Shown one piece after another: positions 26,601 through 35,880 of a DNA stretch of 61,599 nucleotides. Below the pieces are notes generated by a model. The model saw nothing but the letters and a program-made list of their open reading frames with translations. It made no database searches and was not told the origin of the DNA. The position numbers were made by a program, and so were the translations under genes. Numbering within the stretch: the stretch's first letter is position 1; each line of letters begins with the position of its first letter. Origin of the DNA: Girardia tigrina (taxonomy: Eukaryota); contig MQRK01245204.1 of the NCBI GenBank assembly GCA_001938485.1, positions 18,960 through 80,558 of the forward strand, written 5' to 3'.

Positions 26601-29600
26601 TGAATTTTTCCATGCACCTATTAGGGTGAACCAAAAGTCTTCGTATTTTCTAAGTCTTTTTGTTCAATCGTTTCTTATTACCAAATAAAGATATTTTATA
26701 TACATGTGTTATGTTTTTAAAGCTCTTGGACTGCTCTATCACAATATATATTAAAACTTCTAAATAGTCGTTAATATAATTTTTATGGTCTTTTAGAAAA
26801 ATCATGGAAAATTTTGAAATTCGTGTTCTTTTACGCCATTATTGGAAACAGGGCTTAAACGCAACTGCAGCAACAAAGAAGATATGCGAAGTTGAAGGCA
26901 ATAATGTAGTCTCAAATCGTACTGCACAAAATTGGTTCAAAACGATCAACGAAGGCGACATTGACCTCGGAGACAATACACGTTCAGGCCGACCTATCAC
27001 CGTAAATTCCGGAGTAATTCGTGAAGCCGTCGAGACAAATCCGTCAATAAATACTCGCAGATTGTCGGCCGAACTCGATATTCCTCAAACATCCATTGTA
27101 CAACACCTTCACGCTCTTGGCAAGGTCAATAGACGATGTCGAGAAGTGCCTCATGAATTGACACAAATTCAAGCCGAAAAGCGTTTCGAAACTTGTCAAA
27201 AATTGCTTGAAAATCCGCGCGATGACCGTTTCATCCGTCGAATTGTAACTTGCGATGAAAAGTGTGTTTACTTCAGTAATCTAGACCAACAAAATCAATG
27301 GTTGGACCCCGGACAAATGGTGAAACCGGTAGCGAAACGAGATCGTTTCTCAAGGAAGGCACTTTTGTGTGTTTTGTGGAATTTCAAAGGCGTGATTAAC
27401 TTCGAGCTGGTTCCAAATGGTCGTACCATCGACGCTGACCTTTACTGCGCCCAACTTGATCGAATGTATGCGGCACTTGGCGAGAAATACCCCGCTTTGA
27501 TTAATCGAAAGCGAGTTCTTCTACAACAGGACAATGCAAAACCGCACACCGCCAAACAAACAAAGGAAAAAATCAAAATCTCGACGCCTTTCAACTTCTT
27601 CCACACCCAGCGTATAGTCCGGATCTTGCGCCATCTGACTATCACATTTTCCGCTCTATGGCACACTTTCTTCGTGGTCGCAGCTTCAATAATCTAGCCG
27701 AGGTCGAAAACAGGTGTCACCAGTTATTCGCTTCTAAGAACAAGGATTGGTACCGCAGCGGGATCGCACAACTTGCCCATAGATGGGTTCAAGCTATAGA
27801 TTCAAATGGCCTTTACTTTGAAACTTAAATGTTTTTTATTTGTTGTAAAATTATGTTTAAATTTTTAATTAAAAATACGAAGACTTTTGGTTCACTCTAA
27901 TAATTTATTAATAAATACTTTTTTCTTTATAATATTATTTCTGGATTAGATCGTGATGCTGAAATTGATGAATGAACGATTTATAGATGACGGTCAGTTA
28001 ATGAATTGAGGATAAACGGGTGATCTTGACGAAGTATCTTGAGGTTCGCGAGAACGTTTGAGTTTGATGATTATTTATAATTTGAAATTTTTATTTTTTT
28101 GCCTTTCCGTTGATCAATAATCCAAATTAAATTTTCAATTTTCTGATCTGGTTTTCTTATCTTATTATTTTTATATTGTTAATTTATGATTTTCAGCAAT
28201 AATAATTGAACCTTTGCATCATGTCGATAAATAACCAGTCCGATTGTGACAGTTCGAATAACGATGCAACGGGTTTTAATAAATTGTCAAAGTTTTTACC
28301 AATAAAATATTGACCGGTTTAATTCATCGGTAATAAAAATACTGTTTTGACTGTTTATTGTATAATACATTAAAAAACATTGTTACAAATTGATAAGTGA
28401 TAGATCTGTGATATATTTGTCAAAATTGTCTTGATCTAGAACGGTTTTTATTTGAAGAGATTGTTTCGTCGATAATTTATATGTTGTAATCTTCCTTTAT
28501 TAACATACGGTTCAGATTTCAATGATTCAATTTGACCGTCCAATTTGATATTGCTTTTTCTTTACGATCTTTAAAGTGATTTTCGATTTATTTCAAAACT
28601 TTTTCATAACTACAAAGATATCTAGATTTTAGTATAAATAACTAATATATCGATACATAAGTGTGTGACCTAAGTAAGTTACTCTACAAAATATGACGTC
28701 TTAAGATGTGTTAAAACGGTCTATAAAACTAACTCGTGTTTCTTTGGATCAAGTTTTTCCAAGAGATGAGCAGTCATGTTGTCGGTTAATTCTTCTACAT
28801 CAATCGACACTTCAATTTTGTTTGCCTAGTGTTATGTAATCCTAATAGAGAACGCTTGATATTCGTAACTAATTACCTTTTCGTCAACATTGCCAACATC
28901 AATTCCCCCTTGATGGTGGAATAAGATTACATCACATTCTCTTTGAGAATAAATACAAAGATAATGCTCATCTTCCTAAATAAAATTGTATTAATTACTT
29001 GAAATAAAAACATTTTTGATGAATTTACATTTTGATCTGTAATTTCACAATATTCGATCAATATTTTAAATCTATTCAGACGAAACTGTAAAATTCCTGT
29101 GATTTAGTTTTATTTGTGTAAACTTTGACTTTATCAATGGCAATGAAAATTGAAGAGTTATTATTTATGTCAATAAGTCTTTGGAGGAAGTATTTATCAT
29201 AAATAAAAGTACAAATTATGTTAGAAAATAATCTCGAATGAAAGAAGAATCCATTCGAATATCATCAGGGAAGATGAAACAACAATATCCTCGAAAGCGA
29301 ACTACATTCTGCTGAACGGAGATTCCCTCATTAATGTGCTACACGTAAACTCAATTGCAGATCCTTTTTTATTAGAAAATCAAGCTTCATTTTTAATTTT
29401 TTTTAATTTAAATTTAAAAATATAAAAATTCAATAAAAATATAAAAGATCATTATTTAATGTCAAATTAACAGATAAATACAAAATAAACAAAATGAAAA
29501 TAAAATCAATGAAATTAAATTACCTACCATCTCCTTTCTAACATAAAATAAAATATAAAATTAACAAATAAATGAAAAATTATAATTAATAAAAATAAAT

Positions 29601-32600
29601 AATAATAGTAAAATAATTAATAATTATTATTAATAAAAAATAAGAAAATAATAATAATTATTAATAATAATACAATAATTGTAGTAAATAATATTAATAA
29701 ATTAGTTTTTGTAAAAAAATATTTATTAAAATTAAAATAACAGAAATAAGGCTAATATAAAATAATTATTAATTATAAAAATATTTTATAATAATTGTTA
29801 GGATTCTGGGGATTTAAAATGTTTCATAAATTAAAATATTAGAAAATTTTAGGACTAAAAAGATTTTAAATTAAAATTTTAAATGAGAAATTTATTATTT
29901 AAACATTTTTATAAAGATGCTAATTCTATGAGAATATAAAATCAAAATGAAAAGGTTAGTTTAGGATTTTAACAAAATATGTTTAACGATTAAAATAGAA
30001 GCTTCATAATAAAATTACTTCTGATATGAAAGTTTTTTAAAATGAATTAAAATGAAATAGTTTTAATATTATCTTTCAAGGATAACATTTTATTAAAAGA
30101 AATTTTATAAAATTAATTTCGTAAATTTCATAAAAAGAAAACATAAATTTAGTATTCATATTGATATTATACCAAAACGGCGCTGACAAAAACCTTAAAT
30201 TTTAATAAATGGTGCAAGCAAATGAATAAAATACATTAATTTAATTAAATTTTAGGAAAACTTCATTTTTCATTATTTTATTTACAGAGAATGACTATTA
30301 TCACATCATTTGGTACATGGCACCATGCTAATTTGACCCATTCAACCATTTGAAATTTCGAAGGTGCCCTTAATCTTCCTGGTTGTGATATACTTTTGGA
30401 AGGTTCTCCACTTCGTATCCATTTTTCATACAGTGCACGATATTTCTGTTTAAATGATGCATTCCATGAAACATCAGCAGACTGCAAACACTATGTACAT
30501 CCAAAAGGAATGACTACCATATTAGTTCTAGCAGATTTCAAAATTTCTGTCATATCATCCGTCAAATTGGAACGAAAGGCCTCACAAACGACCATCCTTG
30601 GACAAAACGATAAAATTTTCCAACAAGATGAAATCCATGTCTTTGGTAAAACCAACATAAGCAACCGTAACATTTTAAAGTACTTTGGGTATTCTTACTC
30701 CTTTAAAAACAATAAAGGAAGTTTGTTTCTTCCCATCTGACATTGCAGATAAGCAAACAGTAATGCGAGTTTTTTCATGGCCTGTTGAAGGAATCGGAAC
30801 CGACTTTACACCTGACATACCACCCCAAATAGCCGTTTCATCCATATTCCCAGAATATTTAAAATTAAATCTGTTTCTTCATAATATTGAATGAAGCTTT
30901 TGATCTTATCTAATGCATCTGCTGGAACTACTTGGACTGACGTTGTTTTTCTTCGATTGACTAGGCCATTTCCGTTAAGAAAATTATCAATCCATCCACT
31001 GCTTACCTTGAATGTTGGTTCATTAGACACAGTCAAATCCATTTAACAATATAAAATGTCGATATTACGTATATCGATCCATTTGTTAAATGGCATAATT
31101 TGTGATATTATTACAGTGGTGTCCATTTATTAATATCAAAAATCCATTCGATAATAGAACACCTGGATTTTTATGTTGATTTTTTTTGATTTTTGGAATC
31201 TAATTGAAGTTAAATATTTTTTTTGATATTTATTAATTTGAACACAATAAATAATATTTTTTTTCAACATTTGTTAATTTAAATATAATAAATTTTAAAG
31301 AAAAATTGAAAGATATAATTTAATTTTCCATTCATTAATATTATGTATTCATTTGTTAATAAAAATCGATATTCAAATTATGGAAATAAACAATTTTAAT
31401 ACATTGTTTATTAATTTACTTGTTTCCATTAAATTATTCAAATTATAATTCAGATTTATAATTATAAGATTAATGGAATTTTTGAAATATTTTTTCACTG
31501 TCGAACTTTTTTTAATTTAAATCGAAAATTCAATTTTTAAAAATATTTATTTATTTTTATTAATTTTTTAATAAAATTAATTTTATTTTTTACTTNNNNN
31601 NNNNNNNNNNNNNNNNNNNNNNNNNNNNNNNNNNNNNNNNNNNNNNNNNNNNNNNNNNNNNNNNNNNNNNNNNNNNNNNNNNNNNNNNNNNNNNNNNNNN
31701 NNNNNNNNNNNNNNNNNNNNNNNNNNNNNNNNNNNNNNNNNNNNNNNNNNNNNNNNNNNNNNNNNNNNNCCCCACGTTTTTGGTTAGGTATAAAATTTCG
31801 CAAATGTCTAGAAAAAAAATTATTTTCCTCTTTTTAGTGCATTGGTAATGCTTGAAAAACGTGGTTGTTTTTATAAAAAAATTTTTTTTATTAATATTAT
31901 TTTACTATTTTTAGTTATCATTTAGGAATTCAAATCTTTCGATTGATTTCGAATAACAGAAATGATAATAAAACCAAAATAACAAAGTTTTATTTTAATA
32001 AAAGCAAGTTTTATTTCAAAATAATTTTTTTGTACGTATTAATTAATATTATTGATTTTTTTCATAAAGTTAAATAATAGCATATGCGGTTTATGTAGAG
32101 CCGTAAATGTTTTAAAATATTGTATTGTCATCGGAAGCAAGCCTGTATAAAAAAAATCAGCTCAATTGGATGACTGAAAGTGGTCGAAAAATCAATCGCA
32201 AGATTTGTTCCAGGCAAGAAACGAAGTTAAGTAAAACGTGGTAATTTATGAAAAAACATACAAAATTTTATATTGTTAAATGGACATTATACATGTATTA
32301 ACAAATGGTCCTAATATTATGTGTGTATGTTGTGTGTGTTAAGGGGTAGAAAATATTGTTTCATATATTTTCTATTCTCAAGTGGACATTTTATTATCAA
32401 ATGGACATTTGAGTAAGTATGTTTTGTAAATTAACATTTTGATTGGTTAAATTTTATTTTTCTTTCAATTTTAGACATGGATTTATTATCATTAATTATC
32501 ATTAATTATATAGGATACATTATATAATTAAATGGACCTCACTGTATCACTATATCATTGTATGGATGTTTTATGTATTGTGTAAGAACCTGTGAGAGGT

Positions 32601-34693
32601 CCGTGAAGCCAGTGATTATATAATCATTACATATGTTTTCATTGAGATTTTGTGACTTTAAAAACATTTTATATAAATTTTTGAAAACTTTAAAATTATT
32701 TTTCCTGGAATGCTGATAATTTTTTATATACTGTCATACTTTAAATCAGCTCGGTCCGTATGGTAGTATAACTATAAATACTAAAATAACATAAATAATA
32801 CAGTGAGGTCCATTCGTTAATAACAAGTATCCATTTGTTAATAGCGAAACTTTTTATATCGTGGATTTTTTGGATCTACATTTATAACTAATGGAAGGTA
32901 AATATTTTTATGATATCTGTTAATTAATATAATAATAATTTATATAATAAATAATATTTTTTAGACATTTGTTAATTTAAATGTAATTTAAATATAGTTT
33001 TTTGTATATTTTTTTATTCATTTGCATTTTTCCATTAAATTATCTAAATTATGCTTTATATTTAAAATTATAAGATTTATGAAATTTTTGAAATATTTTT
33101 TCAGTGTCGAACTTTTNNNNNNNNNNNNNNNNNNNNNNNNNNNNNNNNNNNNNNNNNNNNNNNNNNATTTAAAATTATAAGATTTATGAAATTTTTGAAA
33201 TATTTTTTCAGTGTCGAACTTTTTTAATTGAAAACAAAAATTCAATTTCTAAAAATATTTATTGATTTTTTAATTAAATTTAATGCATTTTTTACTTTGG
33301 TAATTGTTAAAAGAAATTTTTAATTAAATTTTTAATAATTAAATGGACCTCACTGTACTAATAAATAAATTAATAATAATAATTAATAATATTAATATAA
33401 TCGTTGGGACAATTATTATTAGAACATTTATTAGTAACACAAGCAAATTGAAGAATATGGCAATATATAAAATATTATAAAGATTCCAGGAAAAATATTA
33501 TAAAAAATTATTTAAAATTCTTTTTTCACTTTTTTAAGTAACCAAATGCTAAGGAAAAATTGCGGTACGATAAAATATCGAAAAAAACGTCACACAATAA
33601 AGGAAAAGATAATTACTAATAACAATGTAGAATACATAATTTATTGATAGTGGTACCGAGTTAAAATGTCGAAAATAAAAATGTCGGAAGTCATTGGTTA
33701 CGTAATATTTTGCCGCGATTTCAGATGGAAATAAATGTTTTTAAAAATTATTTCATACGTTTCCAGGCATGCCTAATACATATTTTATATATTTATATTT
33801 TATATATTTAAAATATTTTATATATTAAAAAATAAATAATGTTTTTTTTCTGTTTTTAAAATTATTTTAAGTTAATTTTTCTATGCAAAAATAAGAAATA
33901 GAAAATAATTTTAAAAAATGAAACAAAAGAAATTGATTTTAAAAAAATACAAAAAATAAGTCGGAGAAGTCAGTCATTGTGTTTTCATTATTTTCCATAG
34001 AATTACGTTTCTTAAAAAAATTTTTAAGATATTTTTTCCGGTATGCTTATAATATTTTGTGTCATATTTTTATTTTTACTTCGGTCGCTACGGAAATACA
34101 CTAAAATATTTTATTAAATTAAATTAATAAAATATTTAAATAAACAAATTAATTAAATTTTCGAATAAATAAAATAAATTAAATTATTTAATACATAAAA
34201 TAAATAATAAAATAAAACAAGTAGAATATAATAAAACATTACGTCTTTGTGATCGATAAACGGCTCGACGATAAATCTATTCAGTTTCCCGCTGCAATTC
34301 CCGATCTAAAACAACACGAGCCCAAATAAACATCCAACTGCAATTCAATCAATAAGAAAACCGACAGTGATCTCGGTGTTGATGGTGGTCTTAATCCAGC
34401 GAGAGATTTCGCTCCAGTCGCCCGTTTTAATTAGTCCCAATTTGCCGCGTCGTTTGATCAATTGATCGGGTTTGCACACCAGTTTTTTCTGATATGATCG
34501 AATTGAAATTCATATTACAATCGATCAATTTCAACAAAACCTCATTCAACCAGTGATGATTGTCGATCGCCGAATCGAGACTCGTGACGCTCTCGTCAAT
34601 GATCATCGAATTCGACTGATGGACATTGGCGTTGGAGATCGCTCGGTAAATCAACGATTTGCCTTGGTTTTCGTATATAGATTTTGCTGACAT
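1704..34693 (-). CDS. ACLY: ATP-citrate lyase (single-chain type), 20 exons, 1080 aa
   Basis: Manual splicing: 34541-34693, 34366-34488, 34243-34305, 28877-28975, 28734-28825, 24775-25003, 24473-24728, 21232-21411, 21020-21186, 15552-15724, 12932-13300, 12697-12883, 12411-12649, 12273-12366, 12067-12221, 8771-8921, 8466-8723, 8324-8406, 8197-8273, 1704-1798. All introns GT-AG with matching phases; total 3243 nt. Motifs: [44 protein letters not shown] (phospho-His), [36 protein letters not shown]. Confidence 0.97.
2633..3450 (+). mobile_element. 5'-truncated, frameshifted RTE-clade non-LTR retrotransposon (RT C-terminal part)
   Basis: [55 protein letters not shown] spread across several frames. 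Confidence 0.88.
4023..4496 (+). mobile_element. Tigger/pogo transposase C-terminal remnant
   Basis: [22 protein letters not shown]...[10 protein letters not shown] resembles the Tigger1/TIGD1-type region after the DDE domain; N-terminus is missing. Confidence 0.75.
5015..5530 (+). mobile_element. degenerate mariner transposase fragment
   Basis: FYEFML..NA...[33 protein letters not shown] (decayed WVPHEL and TxDEKW motifs), with stops. Confidence 0.65.
5671..6315. mobile_element. pogo/Tigger-type non-autonomous element
   Basis: TIRs CAGTGAAAGCCACTTAAT / ATTAAGCGGCTTACACTG, TA on both flanks, subterminal GGACC repeats. Confidence 0.8.
6853..7480 (+). mobile_element. Helentron-associated (HINE/DINE-1-like) element with internal inverted duplication
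   Basis: 5' ACCACGTTTTT and 3' AAAAACGTGGT subterminal IRs, TCTGTCTG core, 3' A/T stem-loop at ~7461-7479; palindrome arms 7239-7291 and 7359-7412; contains an N gap. Confidence 0.7.
8197..8921 (-). CDS. ACLY: ACLY exons 16-19 (citryl-CoA lyase domain)
   Basis: [58 protein letters not shown]; introns of 47, 59 and 50 bp. Confidence 0.96.
10250..11000 (+). mobile_element. highly degenerate mariner remnant
   Basis: [15 protein letters not shown]...[10 protein letters not shown]-like text and a mariner-like right end (ATTTATTGAGCAGATAACGTA); boundaries approximate. Confidence 0.55.
11035..11416 (+). mobile_element. HINE/DINE-1-like non-autonomous Helentron derivative
   Basis: Subterminal IRs TACAAGCTTTT (11037-47) / AAAAGCTTGTA (11385-95), GTCTGTCTG microsatellite, 3' hairpin ACCAAAAA-TT-TTTTTGGT, T-run insertion site, internal perfect 14-bp IR (11101-14 / 11339-52). 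Confidence 0.8.
12067..13300 (-). CDS. ACLY: ACLY exons 11-15 (CoA-binding and phospho-His region)
   Basis: [70 protein letters not shown]; introns of 48, 47, 44 and 51 bp. Confidence 0.96.
14169..14714 (+). mobile_element. Tc1/mariner-superfamily transposase catalytic fragment (D34D spacing)
   Basis: QDNARPH...[11 protein letters not shown], with 34 residues between the 2nd and 3rd acidic residues; C-terminus VIKQNGDYE. Confidence 0.85.
15270..15490 (+). mobile_element. GIY-YIG endonuclease remnant, probably Penelope-like
   Basis: [25 protein letters not shown] fits the Penelope YxxxCxxCxxxYIGxTxRxLxxRIxEH pattern. Confidence 0.6.
15552..15724 (-). CDS. ACLY: ACLY exon 10
   Basis: EIMDSES...[38 protein letters not shown]; TAG acceptor, GTGAGT donor. 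Missed by the ORF track. Confidence 0.92.
15842..15937. repeat. two-copy tandem duplication (~51-bp unit)
   Basis: TTATTAAAGCAAAAC(A/T)TTTTCATGAAAAGAA(C/A)GGGAATTTATACA occurs twice. Confidence 0.85.
16314..18408 (+). mobile_element. degenerate mariner element interrupted by a nested insertion
   Basis: Decayed TIRs TTAGGTTGCCGTATAAGTTTCTTCC / GGAAGAGACTTATTGGACACCCCGA; transposase remnants ([29 protein letters not shown]) resume after ~18210 ([20 protein letters not shown]). Confidence 0.8.
17396..18209. mobile_element. unclassified non-coding insertion with terminal inverted repeats
   Basis: TTTCTGTATAAGT ... ACTTTTACAGAAA ends, plus an inner CAAATGAT/ATCATTTG pair; splits the host mariner coding sequence. 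Confidence 0.6.
18960..19330 (-). mobile_element. possible degenerate HINE-like element
   Basis: AAGTAAGTTAATAAAAAGAATGG and GCAAAGTTTGGAGAAAATTGGTTGAG resemble the reverse-complemented 5' part of the HINEs at 6.9 kb and 11.0 kb; ends approximate. Confidence 0.35.
19961..20462 (+). pseudogene. degenerate 28S (LSU) rRNA fragment, D3 and adjacent conserved core
   Basis: CAAGGAGT...CGCGAGTCA, CCGAAAGAT, AACTATGC, TTCTGACGCGCAAATCGATCGTC, ACCATCTAGTACCTGGTTCCTTCCGAA, TCAGGATAGCT, GGTAAAGCGAATGATTAGA, TATTCTCAAACTTTAAATGG. Substitutions and deletions at normally invariant positions. Confidence 0.92.
21020..21411 (-). CDS. ACLY: ACLY exons 8-9
   Basis: [19 protein letters not shown]...[11 protein letters not shown] / [17 protein letters not shown]...STANFLL; 45-bp intron. 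Confidence 0.95.
21473..24338 (-). mobile_element. degenerate hAT-like element filling ACLY intron 7, with nested mariner
   Basis: TIRs TATGGATGTACCGGTTT / AAACCGGTACATCCCTA; 8-bp TSD TTAGAAAC / TTAGAAAA (7/8); subterminal CCGG repeats; decayed ORF pieces at 21650-22170. Confidence 0.75.
22717..23973 (+). mobile_element. full-length mariner (mellifera-subfamily-like), frameshifted transposase 22872-23920
   Basis: TIRs TTGAGTTGGGGAAAAAGTTATCCATTA / TAATGGATTTCTTTTTCCCCACCCTAA, TA TSD; [28 protein letters not shown] (DD34D). Subfamily is from recalled N-terminal similarity (MQVNKEKIR). Confidence 0.93.
24473..25003 (-). CDS. ACLY: ACLY exons 6-7
   Basis: [12 protein letters not shown]...FGRDAYPE / [17 protein letters not shown]...[10 protein letters not shown]...NYGEYSGAP; 46-bp intron. 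Confidence 0.95.
25980..26620 (-). mobile_element. old internally deleted mariner remnant
   Basis: Minus strand reads [16 protein letters not shown] and FHHDN; TIR-like TAGGTGCATGGAAAAATTCATGTCCG at 26594-26620. Confidence 0.65.
26621..27900 (+). mobile_element. young full-length mariner (1280 bp); transposase 26804-27828 with one late frameshift
   Basis: Near-perfect 29-bp TIRs TTAGGGTGAACCAAAAGTCTTCGTATTTT, TA TSD; [20 protein letters not shown]; [14 protein letters not shown] lies in a shifted frame after ~27580. Confidence 0.95.
28734..28975 (-). CDS. ACLY: ACLY exons 4-5
   Basis: [33 protein letters not shown] / ANKIEVSID...KH; 51-bp intron 28826-28876. Missed by the ORF track. Confidence 0.9.
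30278..31050 (-). mobile_element. degenerate pogo-family transposase (CENP-B HTH plus DDE)
   Basis: [12 protein letters not shown]...[35 protein letters not shown] across broken frames. Confidence 0.8.
31114..32544. mobile_element. pogo-type MITE copy A, containing a gap and a nested HINE
   Basis: TA|CAGTGGTGTCCATTT ... AAATGGACCTCACTG|TA; internal sequence homologous to copy B. Confidence 0.7.
31770..32244 (-). mobile_element. second copy of the 6853-7480 HINE, opposite orientation
   Basis: 31938-32010 and 32109-32244 are near-identical reverse complements of ~7100-7186 and ~6853-7000; 31770-31892 matches 7360-7480 directly. Confidence 0.8.
32801..33355. mobile_element. pogo-type MITE copy B
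   Basis: TIRs CAGTGAGGTCCATT / AATGGACCTCACTG with TA TSD. Confidence 0.82.
34243..34693 (-). CDS. ACLY: ACLY exons 1-3 (start codon, ATP-grasp N-terminus)
   Basis: MSAKSIYE...WLNE / [18 protein letters not shown]...EIT / [21 protein letters not shown]; introns of 52 and 60 bp. Confidence 0.93.
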
Positions 34694-35319
34694 GTTTAAT
34701 TGTAAATAACCAAGAAATTGATTGGAATTTAGTGTAGTAAAACAAATGTGAGATTTGGTATTAAATGAAATTGTTGAAATTTGGTTTTCAGATAATTGAT
34801 TGTTGTAGGTTTTTCGATGTTTTTTGATTTAAATATCGAGTGGTATTTTTACGAATTAGTATCGAAAAGACATTAAAATATATTATTTAATATTTAAATT
34901 GAATTTCAATATCGGAAAATAAAAACCGCCTGAATTTTTAACAAATGTAATTAGACAAATATAAATTTGTTATTAATATCTTAAGAAGATATAATATATT
35001 TTTCTCATTTTTAACATTTTACTATTTTTCATAAATATAATTCGAAAGAAATTCGTTGCAAATAATAATTAATGATGATAATGCAATGATCATTTTCTAA
35101 AATCATGCCTTTACTAAATTATTTTTCAAAAATTTTCAAATTAACGTTAACAACATTCAAAATATGCGATGTTTTGTATAAAATATATACAATTCTCTAA
35201 AAACTAAAGTAATCAACAGTAAAAAGAGAAAAATATCAACTTCCCAAAAAATATAATACATGATTTTCTGACTATTTAAATAAAAATAATAATTATTTTT
35301 TTAACAATTATCATGCTTC

Positions 35320-35880
35320 TACATCCCCACCAGATTCGTCATCTAACGAATCTTCATCCACGATATAGTCTTCCATATACTTTGGTCTTAGTCGTGATCG
35401 TTTACATTGAATCTCCCGAATCTCAATCACTATCAATTAAATTACTTTTAAAAACCTCTAAATATTTTAAATATTATAACTTCTCCAATACCTTCCCTTT
35501 AATTCACTATTGTGTGCAACTAGTGATCGACATTGGTCTTACACAAATCAACTGATGATCGCAATACTCCACATCTTTTTTATTTGCTTCTAAATCTTTT
35601 TCCATAAACTCACTTTCTCAAGTTGGTGGTTCCTTCGCTTCGCCTGGAGTGTTGTTGTACCACCAAAGCGCTTCCGTAACATTGATGTTCGATCGTGCTA
35701 CAATTCTTATAATTGTTTGATGGTTTCTTTCCACTATTCCGTTACCGCTTGGCCTATTACTAGCCCTATAAATCACCTATACTCTCCACTATTTCATTAA
35801 CTCGATAAACTCCTTTAAATAAAAGGCTGTATAACTATTTACTAATAATTCCCTGGGCGCTCCTCATTCGAAGAATATCG
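35320..35880 (-). mobile_element. Ty3/Gypsy integrase remnant ending at a PPT and LTR start
   Basis: GAPRELLV...YRASNRPSGNGIVERNHQTI...EALWWYNNTP; KRSRLRPKYMEDY tail; GGTGGGGA|TGTAG junction near 35325. Confidence 0.8.

Noticed and set aside
33040-33226. Near-identical ~60-bp blocks on both sides of a gap
   Set aside because: Probably a contig overlap left by scaffolding, not a true tandem repeat.
1704-34693. Non-canonical introns or an alternative genetic code in ACLY
   Set aside because: All 19 introns are GT-AG, and the standard code gives an open frame.
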